Part shown: positions 23,573 through 38,099 of the stretch, piece after piece
Layout: every line of letters starts with the position of its first letter
Position numbering within the stretch: the first letter of the stretch is position 1
Source: Octopus bimaculoides
Taxonomy: Eukaryota
Assembly (NCBI RefSeq): GCF_001194135.2
Contig: NC_068996.1
Location: forward strand, 47,694,661 to 47,758,660
DNA: 64,000 nt
Direction: 5' to 3'
The notes under the pieces: generated by a model
Told to the model about the DNA's origin: nothing
The model's input: only the letters and a program-made list of their open reading frames with translations
Database searches by the model: none
Translations under genes and position numbers: made by a program

Positions 23573-25919
23573 GAAGACTGCACCAGACTTCTGTGACTGT
23601 CTTGGCAATAATAATAAATGACTGCTAATTAAAACTTAAAATTGAAATTAAAAATTAACATAAGTGCCTATCATATTACACTAACTAAAGCTCAGCAATG
23701 ATTAAGAAAAACGTAATAATTGCTGTATCCATTAAAAAAAACAAAATATTGTTTTAAATTTATTTCCTATCATTCACCATAATTTTTCTTTTTTTCTTTC
23801 CTTTTTAAGGATTACATTCATAGCAATATTAACGTTTGAAAACAGAAATAATTGAATGCATAAAACATTAATAAAATTCATAAATATTACATTTGTTATT
23901 ACCAGCAACAAGTTAAAGACAGTTATTTATGGAAAATAATGGCATTATTGCTACATCAATCTGAGACTCCTGGTTTTAAAATCTGAGAAGAAGGTACAAC
24001 CTATGGTGTGAATTTGAAGATAAGTGATCTGTGATAGTGTAGGTGCATTTCAGGGTACCTATGCAGGGTACCATGGCAGTGTTGGTATAGTGTATGGTAG
24101 ATTTGGTGAGGTGTATGGTAGAGTTTGTATGGTGTACTACCTAGAAGTGTATAGTAGCATTAGTGTGATGAGCTAAGAGATGGGGACATAAACAAACCAA
24201 CACTAGCTGTCAAGACACACACATACAAAAATTAGGTTCCTCAAAATCAGAAAGGAGAAAGCTGATTCGAAGGCTTCAGATTCAATCCATCACTGGAACT
24301 GTAAAAATCTGTAAAACTTTCCAGAAGTTTATCATTTAAGTATATATGAGCATGTCTAGACATGCAACTATATGCATGAAAATACATACATAAAACAAAA
24401 CATAAAATCTGCACATGTACATACATACAAAAAATACCCTGTTGATGTTGTTCAAATTCCAATGAAGGACCCTTGAAGATTACAAACCGATGCTTTCTTT
24501 ATTGGTAAGAAATCTTGAAATAAAACTGAATAATCATACATGCAACATATATATATATACATATATATANNNNNNNNNNNNNNNNNNNNNNNNNNNNNNN
24601 NNNNNNNNNNNNNNNNNNNNNNNNNNNNNNNNNNNNNNNNNNNNNNNNNNNNNNNNNNNNNNNNNNNNNNNNNNNNNNNNNNNNNNNNNNNNNNNNNNNN
24701 NNNNNNNNNNNNNNNNNNNNNNNNNNNNNNNNNNNNNNNNNNNNNNNNNNNNNNNNNNNNNNNNNNNNNNNNNNNNNNNNNNNNNNNNNNNNNNNNNNNN
24801 NNNNNNNNNNNNNNNNNNNNNNNNNNNNNNNNNNNNNNNNNNNNNNNNNNNNNNNNNNNNNNNNNNNNNNNNNNNNNNNNNNNNGAGAAATAACAAGAAG
24901 ACATTGCTAAAGGTGCCATGCAGTAGGACTGAACCTGGAACCATGTGATTGAGAAGCAAACTTCTTACAGCCAACACTAAACCTATGCTAATAAAATGTC
25001 ACATTGTAACAACCTGGCTGAATAAATATCGTCTTTTATTTGAGTCAAAGATTTTGTGGATAATCAATTCGTTGTTGTTATGCAAAAGTGTCATAAACCA
25101 AAAAAAATTGCTTTTTCAGAAAACGAAAAAATAGTTTCACGATTTCATAGCAAAACCATTGTACTACACTTTGAGAATTTTTGATATCTTGGCATCTGAA
25201 GCAGTTGGACATACGACAGTTTGACCAAAAGAACTGGCTATTATAAGCAAAAATAAATATTGCAAAAAAAAAAGTAAACAAACACATTTGGCTAAATTTG
25301 GACATATGACAGTTTAACATAATAGCAACAAATTGTATCTGATATACTTTTCTACTATTTCTTTATTTATTGCATTGTTTTGTAATTCTGATATTAATTT
25401 CCAATTGATCTTTCATTATTTTAAAGAAATTGATATATTGACTCAAATAATATCCATCTTTCTAGCAATGATAACAAATATTGGAAATGGTTACAAGGTG
25501 AATTCCATGAATAATAAACTTCATTTTTTAAACAAGTGTGACTTTGATTTGATTGATTAGCTTGCTAAAAATAGCAGCCAAATCTCTCTCAGATTGATTT
25601 CTACAATTTTTGAAAAGTGAAGAATATATTCTTTGGAATATGTAGTACTAGATTTACATTATCCCATTATCCAAGAGAGGTTTAAATTCAGAACAAAGAG
25701 AGAGGGAGAAAGAGAGAGAGAGAGAGAAATCTAAACAGTAAAAAATTTAGTTTGGTAGTTCTCTACAATAACATCTGCAGTCATAGCTCAGTGTAGTTTT
25801 TGTAAACATTCACAGACACATGAAACCAGCTTTCTATATTTTATATAAAGATATATAAATATGTATATACTTCCATTCATATACATAAGAACATGCACAC
25901 ACACACACATGTATATATG

Positions 25920-26084
25920 TATGTCTATCTATCTAACTGTCTATTCATCCCACTATCATCTATCTATCTCTCTATCTATCTAATTTTCCGTGTTTATCTA
26001 TCTGTCTGTCTGTGACCTATCTGTCTGTGACCTATCTGTCTGTGACCTATCTGTCTGTCTGTCTGTCTGTTGTCTATCTATCTG

Positions 26085-26127
<43 letters not shown>

Positions 26128-26280
26128 GTCTATCATTTATCTATCTATCTGTCTATCATCTATCTATCTATCTGTCTGTTTGTCTGTCTGTCTATCAGTC
26201 TGTCTATCTGTCCATCTAACTGTCTAACTGTCTATCTGTCTAACTGTCTTTCTATCTAACTGTCTATCTATCTAACTGTC
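25920..26280. repeat. (TCTA)n/(TCTG)n compound microsatellite
   Basis: Read directly from the sequence. Confidence 0.9.
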
Positions 26281-27049
26281 ACATAGCCACCCTTGCACCT
26301 ATATGCTTATTAATATCTAGCAGGAGCAACAAAGTTTTATATATTTATATGACAAGCTTATTCTTCCAGTGCCTGTCAAGTAAAATTTCCTCAAAAGACT
26401 TTTGCCATCCCAGAATTATAATAAACAATGCACTTCATGGTGAGACAGAACCTGAATCCATATGGTTGAAAATTAAAATTTTTAACAATACAGCCATAAT
26501 GCCACCCTTCTGTTATAAAAATAAATATTGTAAATAATATATATATATATATATATAATTCATATTACTTCTACATTATCTCATTTCCATTAAAATGTTT
26601 CTTTTTAATATTTATGAAAGGTAATTGCTTAAAATTGGAACAATAATTTTAGCACAAATTTTAGAACGAATACAAGATTGTGGCAAATTGAATTTGAGAT
26701 CTATTATGATTCTTAAATTGAGTATTACTTTGCTTAATTTGGGAATGTCAAAGTTTCCACAAATTTATGCTTCATTCTATTCTTTTAATGATAAACCTTC
26801 ATAACAATACAAATATAATTTTGCATCTATCTCTATACTTATCCATCTATACACACATACACGCACAAACACATAATCTCATACACACACCCTCTTGCAT
26901 ACAAGCACACACACACACACCCTCATGCATACAAGCACACACACACATCCACACATAGACATACGTACAAACACCCTCTTGCATACTAGCACAAACACAC
27001 ACACACACACGTGCACATAAAAAAGAACTGTATGTTGCTTCAACAACAT

Positions 27050-27715
27050 TCTATGATATGCACATATGTTGCAAGATATTGATTAGATATTGTACAAGTT
27101 ACAAAGTACTACCCAAACATTACACATGCTGCACTCTTCAGACTNNNNNNNNNNNNNNNNNNNNNNNNNNNNNNNNNNNNNNNNNNNNNNNNNNNNNNNN
27201 NNNNNNNNNNNNNNNNNNNNNNNNNNNNNNNNNNNNNNNNNNNNNNNNNNNNNNNNNNNNNNNNNNNNNNNNNNNNNNNNNNNNNNNNNNNNNNNNNNNN
27301 NNNNNNNNNNNNNNNNNNNNTTGTTCAACTAAACACCACATATGTTGTACTGAACGGACTAAACATGACATAAGCTGCAGTATACAGTCTAAACATCACA
27401 TATGTTGCACTGTACAGACTAAACACTACATATGCTGCAGTCTACAATCTAAACACCACATATGTTGTACTGCATGGACTAAACACAACATATGCTGTAG
27501 TGTACAGTTTAAACATCACATACGTTGCATTGTACAGACTGAACATTACATATGTTACAGCATATAGACTAAACATCAAATACGTTTCAATGTACAGGCA
27601 AAACACTACATATGCTGCAGTGTACAAACTAAGCACCACATGTGTTGTACAGAACAAACACTACACATGTTGCAATGTACAAACAAATATACTGCGTATG
27701 TGGCACTGTACAGAC
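27050..27715 (+). repeat. 30-bp minisatellite (consensus ~ACTAAACACTACATATGYTGCAGTGTACAG), interrupted by an N gap
   Basis: About 11 units at 27328-27657, with more before the gap. Confidence 0.9.
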
Positions 27716-29657
27716 TAAACATGCATGGATTAGCGGTTAGGGTATTTAGCACATGATTGTAAGGTTGTGAGTTCGATTTCCAGTGCTGTATTGTGTCCTT
27801 GAGCAAGACATTTTAATATTGCTCCAATCCACTCAGCTGGTAAAAATTAGCAGTACTTGTTATTCAAAGGGTCAGCTTTTTCACATTCTGTGTTATGCTG
27901 TACTCCCTGAGCACTACTCAGACATGCATAAAGGCATCCATGTCTGAAGATGGCTCAGCCACTTGCATGTTGATTTCATGAGCAAGTTGTTCCCTTGATC
28001 GAATCAACAGAAACCCTCATTGTTTTACCCAATAGAAAGCTAGTTTAATTGAAACTAATAAAAAAACAGATAATTATTTTATGTTAATTTATGTTTGTTA
28101 TGTACATTAGGCAAACCAGTTTAGACTGATTCAAGTTTGTGAGTGCTACTGTTCTCTCTGTGGTTAGAAAATAATAAACTGATCCCTGATAAAGCTTTAA
28201 TAAATGTCGATAGTCAAATTGTTCTCTTCTCAATAGAAAAGTTTTTAAAAAACCTGTTGCTTAACTGCAAAGTTTTACTTTTTCCAGTGAGATTGAAAAT
28301 GTATGTCCAAAAAAATATATCTTTGTTAGTTGACCTGAAGATCTCTCTCACACACACACCCACTGCACTTGTTGCAATGTAACTTATTACCGTATTTTAA
28401 CATGTATAAAGAACCCTTTTTTGTCAAAAATTAGGTTAAAAAAATATGGGAGTTTCTTATACATGGATAGTATTATAATCCCTTACAAAACCTTTTTTCC
28501 AAATTTTAAGCCCCCAAAAACCAGAGGGTTCCTTATACATGTTAAAATATGGTTAAAGTTCTGCTAGACATTGCAACCAAACTTCCCTCAAATAATATCC
28601 AACTATTTTTAACAATGACATACGGCATATATTTTATCTTTGGTGATTACAGCTGGGATGTCATTAATTACAGATTTGTACTATTAGAGGGGACTTGAGG
28701 TTAAGTCCCAACAACAGCTCTAAATACAATTTGGGGTATGGATTAAGGGCTATATTTACTCTTGGTAGTACCATACTGAGACACTTGTCGTTTTGGTAAT
28801 TTATATATGAACATCAATGTTGTAATGTGGTAGCAATATGATTGATACAGAGGAGTGTCTGCAAGCCATATTCTTGTATCACACATGTATTCTTTTATTC
28901 TTTTTCTTATTTCAGTCATTTGACTGTATATATGCTGGGGCACTGCCTTAAAGAGTCTTTCAGCTAAAGAAATCGGACTTATTCTTTGCAAGCTTAGTAT
29001 TCTATCAATCAATTTTGCTGAACTGCTAGGTTATGGGGATGTAAACATACCAACACTGGTTGTTAAGCAATAACGGGGGTGGGGAACAAACACATATAAA
29101 GCTACACACACACAAATCATCATCACCATCATCATTTAACGTCTGCTTTCCATGCTAGCATGGGTTGGACGATTTAACTGAGGACTGGTGAAACCGGATG
29201 GCAACACCAGGCTCCAATCTGATTTGGCAGAGTTTCTACAGCTGGATGCCCTTCCTAACGCCAACCACTCCGAGAGTGTAGGTGATCAACTTTTTGTATC
29301 TGAAAGGGATTTTCAATCCAACATTTTACAATGCTTATTATTTGTAGCTTTATGAGATTCGAGAATCACTGTTCCAAAAAACAAAAAAAAAAAAGGAATT
29401 ATTTCCTGTTTACAAAGATAAACCATTGGAATTTTCCAACACTTAAATACACTTTTGTTTCTACTCTTTTAGCAATAGGAACTATGTTATATGCTGTTAT
29501 GATAAACATCAGAGATAGCACCTTTCTATAAAATATGATTGGCAAAATGTGTGACTAACGTTTGTTGTAATCTACTCTAGTGTTCTCAATATCATTGTTA
29601 ATAATAACTACTTGTTTATCTTTTTCATTTACTTATTTATACACACACTATATATAT

Positions 29658-29711
<54 letters not shown>

Positions 29712-31201
29712 NNNNNNNNNNNNNNNNNNNNNNNNNNNNNNNNNNNNNNNNNNNNNNNNNNNNNNNNNNNNNNNNNNNNNNNNNNNNNNNNNNNNNNNNN
29801 NNNNNNNNNNNNNNNNNNNNNNNNNNNNNNNNNNNNNNNNNNNNNNNNNNNNNNNNNNNNNNNNNNNNNNNNNNNNNNNNNNNNNNNNNNNNNNNNNNNN
29901 NNNNNNNNNNNNNNNNNNNNNNNNNNNNNNNNNNNNNNNNNNNNNNNNNNNNNNNNNNNNNNNNNNNNNNNNNNNNNNNNNNNNNNNNNNNNNNNNNNNN
30001 NNNNNNNNNNNNNNNNNNNNNNNNNNNNNNNNNNNNNNNNNNNNNNNNNNNNNNNNNNNNNNNNNNNNNNNNNNNNNNNNNNNNNNNNNNNNNNNNNNNN
30101 NNNNNNNNNNNNNNNNNNNNNNNNNNNNNNNNNNNNNNNNNNNNNNNNNNNNNNNNNNNNNNNNNNNNNNNNNNNNNNNNNNNNNNTAAGAAACAAAAGA
30201 AAAGAAAGAACCAGACAAAAAAAAAAAAAAAATTTCACAACAAAGTATTTCTAAGAGTTTTTTATGCTTCATCTTCTCGGGAGAATTGGATAGAAATGGA
30301 AACAAAGAATTTCTAATTGTGCTTATTCCTTCAACAATGGAACGGATAAATGTAGAAACAAAATGATAGAAGCCATAAGGAGAAGAATGAAGCATAGACG
30401 TTAATGTTGAAGTAAACGGAATGGAAAAACATAGATATCAATAATAATTTAATTACGTTTTAATATTTGTATTTAGGAAGGAACAAGCTGGCAGAATCGT
30501 TAGCACACCAAACAAAATGCTTAGTGGCATTTTGTCCATCTTCACAGTCTGAGTTCAGATTCCACTAAGGTCAACCTTGCCTTTCATCTCTTTCAGGCTT
30601 GAAAAATAAGTACTAGTAGAGCATTGGGTCAATGTGATTGGCTTAATTCCTACCCCTGAAATTGTTGACCTTGGAACAAAATTTAAAATCAGTATTTGTA
30701 ATTGGGAAAATTATGAATTAGATTTTGTAACAATAAATTTTTATTTGAAATAGAAAATTTCTATTTGTAAATCTCTCAATGAGAGACATTCAGTAACAGC
30801 ACTCTAGAGTAAAGATTATTTGCCAACATAACACGGTGGTCCTGGTTTAGGACAAATGTTGCAGTTATTTAGTCCCAGGAGACAGCGTCTCCAGCTGGCT
30901 ATACAACACACTATCTATGTCCTTATATTTTCAAACAAGGGGAAAATATAAGGACACATTTTTATTTATTTATTTACATATTATTATCGTTATTATTATT
31001 ATTATTATTATTATTGAAGATGACAAGCCAACAGAATCATTAGCACAGAATCTAGCAATCGTGGTTTCAGTTCCTATATCAGGTGGTACATTTATATAAT
31101 TGTGTACTTTAAGGCAGTTTTCCTTTGCCTAGTGGCTGTGCTGAATGGGGTAGTTTGGTGGACAATATTATTTGGTAGACGGAAACTGAAAGAAGCCCGT
31201 C

Positions 31202-31243
<42 letters not shown>

Positions 31244-32842
31244 GTATATGTTTGTGTGTCTGTGTTTGTCCTTCCACCATCGCTTGGCAATTAATGGTGG
31301 TGTGTTTACATCCCTGTAACTTAGCAGTTCAGCAAAAGAGACTGATAGAATAAGTACTAGGCTTACAAAGAATAAGTCCTGGGGTCGATTTGCTCGACTA
31401 AAAGGCGGTGCTCCAGCATGGTCACAGTCAAATGACTGAAACAAGTAAAAGAGCAAAAGAGTTATCTCCGTATTGTTGTTGTTTCTCTTGTAAATCTTGG
31501 TGTAAACCCTCACCTTTTTATGTGTTGTATTTTGTCTTTCACTATCCGAGTATGGCCAATGCCAATACGCTTGGACTGGCTTCTGTTGCCAGTGACATGT
31601 AAAAAGCACAATCCAAACACGATCGATGCCAGGCCTGCCTGACTGGCTCCTGTGCCAGTGGCACATGAAAAGCACCCACTACACCTTCAGAGTGGTTGGC
31701 GTTAGGAAGGGCATCCACTTGTAGAAACGTGCCAGATCAGATTGGAGCCTGGTGCAGCCTTCTGACTTTCCAGACCTCAGTCAAACCGTCCAACCCACGT
31801 CAGCATGCAAAACAGACGTTAAATGATGATGATGATGATATAGTCCTCAATGTCTTGTGGCCAATAAAAGAAATTATCATCATCATCATTATTATTATTA
31901 TTATTGTTGTTGTTGTTGTTGTTGTTGTTATTATTATTATTTTATTATTTTGTAACATTACATAAACATATCTCTCTGTCATGAGAATATGTCAGTGAAC
32001 TTAGAAAGTTATTTAAAATGAAAATTGGGCTGGTATCATATATAAACTTTTTCTTTTCTTTTTTATTGTCAATGTATAAAATAAAAATGCATTTATATTT
32101 CTTCCATCATTCATATAAAACCAAAACTTGTTACATAAAAAAAAAAAAAAAATGGAAAAAAAAATATTTCCAGAAAAATCTTCTACACAATAGAAACAGT
32201 TATGATGTCTAAAATAACATTTTCAGACAAAAATGCATTATCAGATAGTATTTTTATGTATTTATTTTTCTTCCTTCCATACAGTTTCAGAATGATTTGT
32301 TCAGTTTTGGAGAAGATCAAGATAACAAAAAAAGATCGATAATGACAATACCTAAAACCCAGAAGAGATAACACACACACACAAACTAATGAAATTATTT
32401 TTAAGCATTACTAAATTTCTATTATAAATTGTTACACACAGATATGATAACAAATCTTTCATTTGTTAATATTTAACTCTTGAAATAAACTACCTTTGTT
32501 TCATTTAATTTTGAAAAAGAGTGAGGAATTTTTGCAAAACAACATTATCATTGTTACACTGGAATATAAATTAACATGAAATTTTGATGGAAGGTTTTAA
32601 ATTAAATCATTTTAAAAGAAGGAATTTTTACCGTAGAAATACGACCATAAAACATGTAAATTAGGACAAGAAACAAGTTTTCATAAATAATCAATTTAGA
32701 TCAGAAACAAAAATAAATAAACAACAGTGTATCAAACAAACAATTAAAAATAACAAAAAAAACAAACTTACCATCATACTTCATGTAGGAAACATTTAAC
32801 CAAATAGGTACAAAACATTCTTACATGTTGTAATAAATATTG

Positions 32843-32888
<46 letters not shown>

Positions 32889-34392
32889 CGTGTGTATGTA
32901 TAACTCCAGGTAATTCGAAAGCAAAATCTGGTGCTGAAATCCATCACCAGTTAATTTTGACCATGGAATTACAAAAGTTGACTGGTGATGGAATTGAACA
33001 TGAGGTCTTGCCTTCGGATTACCAACAATTCAATGCCAATCACAAAAGCATTTGCTACTTTGTCATTTTTGTAACAGTAGAGAGCTTAANNNNNNNNNNN
33101 NNNNNNNNNNNNNNNNNNNNNNNNNNNNNNNNNNNNNNNNNNNNNNNNNNNNNNNNNNNNNNNNNNNNNNNNNNNNNNNNNNNNNNNNNNNNNNNNNNNN
33201 NNNNNNNNNNNNNNNNNNNNNNNNNNNNNNNNNNNNNNNNNNNNNNNNNNNNNNNNNNNNNNNNNNNNNNNNNNNNNNNNNNNNNNNNNNNNNNNNNNNN
33301 NNNNNNNNNNNNNNNNNNNNNNNNNNNNNNNNNNNNNNNNNNNNNNNNNNNNNNNNNNNNNNNNNNNNNNNNNNNNNNNNNNNNNNNNNNNNNNNNNNNN
33401 NNNNNNNNNNNNNNNNNNNNNNNNNNNNNNNNNNNNNNNNNNNNNNNNNNNNNNNNNNNNNNNNNNNNNNNNNNNNNNNNNNNNNNNNNNNNNNNNNNNN
33501 NNNNNNNNNNNNNNNNNNNNNNNNNNNNNNNNNNNNNNNNNNNNNNNNNNNNNNNNNNNNNNNNNNNNNNNNNNNNNNNNNNNNNNNNNNNNNNNNNNNN
33601 NNNNNNNNNNNNNNNNNNNNNNNNNNNNNNNNNNNNNNNNNNNNNNNNNATATATGTACCTAGAACTAATTACTAGCCTGCTAGCCTTGGCTATGTCAAG
33701 ATGGATTTTTATGTATTCTTCTTCCCACTTGGATTTTAAATGTTGCCACAATTACAATATGTCTATTCTACTGTAATTTTCTACATTTTTGTGCAGCTGA
33801 AGATTGCTCTACATATTGCATTTAATGTAATGCTCGCATTACTTAAATAAATGGAGTAGCATGAAACGTGCGTACTGCAGTCATTTTAAAATCTGTGTTG
33901 CTTATTTAGATTTATATATATATATATACACACAAGAAATGAGGTGAGAGAGTTGGTGTTTATTCCATTAGTTGACAGTTGTTTTGTGATCTAAATAAGT
34001 TACAAACTGACACTACATCATATGTCACACATATATAAACGAATATATATATAAATGTATAAATATTTACCCATAAATATAACTGTGCTGTAACATAATG
34101 AGCAAACTACACTTCAGAATATTTCATGGCAGGTTAAAACACCTGACTCTTCATATATATATACACGAAGAGTGTTTCTTACTATTAATTTGGACAGAAC
34201 CGATAGAATTCTAATATTGCTTAGAAAATTCTTTGTTCATTTAATGTAAAAATAATTAGAGCAATATTAAGCCCTAAAGTTGATATGCAATGCATTCTCA
34301 TAAAAAATTTCAACAGCAAAGAAAAGGAAAACAAAAAAAAACAAAGAAATCATATGGGTAAGAATATTTTCAAATAGACACAGATCTCTTAC

Positions 34393-34501
34393 CATCATCC
34401 ATAATTGCTGTTGTTATGTTTTTTCCAGTAAAACCTTTTGACCAAGCCATATTCACATTCAAATCAAGTCCTTCAATACCACCAGATTGACCATTATTTT
34501 T
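34393..34501 (-). CDS. PCSK2: PC2 coding exon equivalent to vertebrate PCSK2 exon 4 (start of catalytic domain, catalytic Asp)
   Basis: Acceptor ctttgtcttttcag|AAA, donor GATG|gtaaga. The exon is 109 nt, phase 0/1: KNNGQSGGIEGLDLNVNMAWSKGFTGKNITTAIMDD(G). It joins the 51637-51828 exon in frame (QWYL-KNNGQ). GQxGGxxGLDLNV and TAIMDDG are PC2-type motifs. Confidence 0.96.
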
Positions 34502-35264
34502 CTGAAAAGACAAAGAAAAAAAAAGAAATTATACTTATAATTTGGATGTTGCACCCCGAGACCATGCATATCATCCACCTCCTCCTCCTCCTCCTCATCA
34601 TCATCATCATCACCATCATCACCATCACTATCACCATCACCCCTCCTCCACCTCCTCATCATGGGTTGGATGTTTTGACAAAGATCCAATGGATCCAAGA
34701 ATTGAATTGTGTTCCTGTGTCTGCTTTGACAGGGTCTCTACAGCTGGATGCCCTTCCTAAGAGCAACCACTTTACAATGCGTACAAGCTGCTTTTTTAGG
34801 GTGGGGTGGGGGCCCTCCACAGCTAGTGATGTGCATGTGTGTGTGTGTGTGTGTGTGCATGCTTGCATGTGAGTGATTGTGCATGTATGTGTGAATTCTG
34901 GATTGTTAAATTCAAAATAAACATTGTTCTTAAGTGTAGGGACTTAAAGATGATTGTATTGTAAGGTTTATAGACGTTACAATTCTTAATCAGGGGCAGA
35001 CAATCTAAACTAGCTTTGAAGTCAAACAAAGCTCTAGACTCTCAGCAGGATGTCATACCCATACAGTAAAACAAATAAAATACTGTATTTATTCACGTAT
35101 AAGTAGTAGTGTCTTATACTTGATTTTTAACTGGAAAAAGCTGAGTGTGACTTACACAAGGAGCAAAGCTGATATCAAGTTTGAATATGAGGGGGAAAGA
35201 ATTATGAACCAAGATTTAATACTAAATAAAGCAAGGCAACTTAGACGTGAATGAAACTTATATA

Positions 35265-35422
35265 TGGCATGGTTGTGTGGTAAGAAGCTTCCTACCCAAC
35301 CACATTGTTCTGGGTTCAGTCCCACTGCATGATTCCTTGGGTAAGTGTCTTCTACTATAGCTTCAGACTGACCAAAGCCTTGTGAGTGGATTTGGTAGAC
35401 GGATACGGAAAGATACCCATAG

Positions 35423-35468
<46 letters not shown>

Positions 35469-35830
35469 TATATATGTATGTATGTATGTATGTATATATA
35501 AGCACCCACTACACTCTTGGAGTGGTTGGCATTAGGAAGGGCATCCAGCTGAAGAAACTCTGCCAGTCAAATAGTCCAACCCATGCTAGCATGGAAAGCG
35601 GATGTTAAATGACGATGATGATGTATATATGTATATATTTACGTGCATGCCTTTGTGTTTGTCCCCCCACCATCACTTGACAACTGACGTTTGTGTATTT
35701 ACATCCCCATAACTTAGTGGTTTGGCAAAAGAGACTGATAGGCTTACAAAGAATAAGTCTTGGGGTCAATTTCTTTAACTAAAAGGCAGTGCTCCAGCAT
35801 TCAAACACATTCAAACAAATGAAACAACTA
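35265..35830 (+). mobile_element. SINE family A copy interrupted by an RTE-UTR insertion (35499-35622)
   Basis: Head 35265-35420, (TA)n, insert ending in (GAT)n, then the family A tail resumes at ~35640. Confidence 0.75.
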
Positions 35831-35969
35831 AAAGAATGAAAGAATGAGTAAATATGGTAATTACATTTACAAACACAAAACAAGAGAGAAATTTGACAGA
35901 AAATTAATGGAAGTCGAACTTGTTAGTTCCAATCGCGGAATAATGGATTTAACACTATGAAAGTTATGA

Positions 35970-36350
35970 TAATCTTTTCTACTCTAAGCACAAGGCCCAA
36001 AATTTTTGAGGAGGGGGCCAGTCGATTAGATCAACCCCACTACACAACTGGTGCTTAATTTATTGACTCCGAAAGGATGAAAGGCAAAGTCGACCTCGGC
36101 AGAATTTGAACTCAGAACATAAAGACAGACGAAATACTGCTAAGCATTTTACCCGGTTTGCTAACGATTCTGCCAGCTCGCCGCCGTTATCTACAAATAT
36201 TCTTTTCTACTCTAGGCACCAAAGTCCGAAATTTTTGGGGAGGGGCTAGTCGATTAGATCAACCCCAGTACGCAACTGGTACTTAATTTATCTATCCTGA
36301 AAGAATGAAAGCAGTCAACCTCGGCAGAATTTGAACTGAGAATATAAATC
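35970..36350 (-). mobile_element. Two adjacent SINE family B copies
   Basis: TCTTTTCTACTCTAGGCAC...GTCGATTAGATCAACCCC...CTCGGCAGAATTTGAAC occurs twice in tandem. Confidence 0.8.
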
Positions 36351-37354
36351 TGCCTTCAACTCAGTCACGTACCTGTATTTCGCTTATTTTTTGGGTGTCT
36401 TACTGCAATAAGGTTGCCTGTTGCCTATTCTTAGTAAATACTGATGGCATGCACCTGATACATGTACACACATTATGAAGCTTTTTCAGTTTCTGTCCAC
36501 TAAATCAACTCACAAGTCTTTGATCATCTCAGGGCTATAGTGGAAGACACTTGCTCAAGGTACCATGCAATGGGACAAAACCCAGAACTATGGCAGCTGG
36601 GAAGCAAACTTTTTACCCCACTTCCACACATACCGAAAAATTACTGGAAAAGGTAAATTTACCTTGACATTTATTTTTCTTTCTCTGATTTATTGTTTAC
36701 ATTTAAGATCAATAACATTTTTAATAAATTAGAACACATATTTTTGTTCAAATATCTCATGTAATTTAACAAATGAAAAATTATCAGCAAATACCAATTC
36801 CCCTGCCATCACCACCATCTCTACCAGTTTGAATATTTTCAATATTTTTCTAAGAAGATTTATTAAAAGTTCCATGGAGACTCAGAAAAATAATTAATAT
36901 TGGAAAAGAGAAAATGTTTTTTTTCTACTTTTACAATTATCATTTTGTTATTATGGAAAAAAGATACTGAAGAAATACAATGAAATGTTTTAAAGAACGG
37001 CATCTTAATCATGAGTTCAAACCCAATGCACATATATGCATACATAGATACTTTGCTGCACAGATGCTCAAATGTTTGTGCTGCACATTTGCTCACTTCA
37101 TACATCAAATCAACATTAACCAGACAGATGCACAAGTGTGCAACACATCAGCTGTCAAAATGGTCACAGAGCAACAGGAAATGAAGTGTTTTGCTTAAGA
37201 ACACAATGCACCACCCAGTCTGGGAATTGAAACCATTATCTCATCATTGTAAGTGCAACATCCTAACCACTAGGCTATGAATCTGCATATGTGATGCATG
37301 TGTGCATGTGTTTGTATATGTATATCCATAAATATATATGTGTGTGTGTATATG

Positions 37355-37399
<45 letters not shown>

Positions 37400-37422
<23 letters not shown>

Positions 37423-37590
37423 TTATAACAAAACAAAAGATAAAGACAGGTGTATGAACTACAAGCAAGTGTACTAGTTTGATGCTTGGGAAAAAATGTA
37501 AAACTCTATTACATTTCGAGCCTATGCTCTTCAACAGAAAGTAATGAGGAAATAATCAGAGAGAGAATGAAAAAAATGTGTAGAGTTCAC
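37400..37590 (-). mobile_element. Second copy of the variant-HHR repeat family (motif 37505-37541)
   Basis: Reverse complement CUUU-CUGUUGA-A-GAGC(AUAG)GCUC-GAAAU-GUA. Flanks are similar to the 20090-20400 copy. Confidence 0.55.
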
Positions 37591-38099
37591 GGTCCTTGCA
37601 AGGACTTGGAGACGTTGTCAGTGCAGGTGCCACTTAAAAGCATCCAGTCCACACTGTAAAGTGGTTGGTATTCAGTGGGGCAACCAGCTGTAAAAACCTT
37701 GCCAAAACTGACTCTTTCCTGTGCTTGTGTCACGTATAAGACACTAAGTCCACTCTGCTGAGTGGTTGGTGTTAGGAAGGGCATTCAGCTGTAAAAATCC
37801 TGCCAAAAGAGTCACAGAAGTCTGGTGCAGGCTTCTGTCTGGCCAGCTCTTGTCAAACCATTCCACCCAAGCCAGCATTGAAGGCAGATGTTAAGCAATG
37901 GTGATGAGATGATGATGTCACACAAGCACGATTTGAGATTATTTTAATCTATGATTTTGGCAAATTTTTCAATCTGATATATATTTTAGTAGATAAATAT
38001 AAAAATATCCAGGCAGAGTAATCTTAGTTTATCTAAGCAGTACACTTAATCACTGATCACTGATCTTGGTTTATCTAAGCAGAACATTTAATCACTTGT

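Noticed and set aside
24452-24977. Long ORFs spanning N runs (also 29580-30395, 32840-33751, 40068-40772, 50648-51086)
   Set aside because: Artefacts of X codons across assembly gaps.
27050-27715. CRISPR-like appearance of regularly spaced repeats
   Set aside because: Contiguous degenerate tandem units with no unique spacers, a eukaryotic context and no cas genes.
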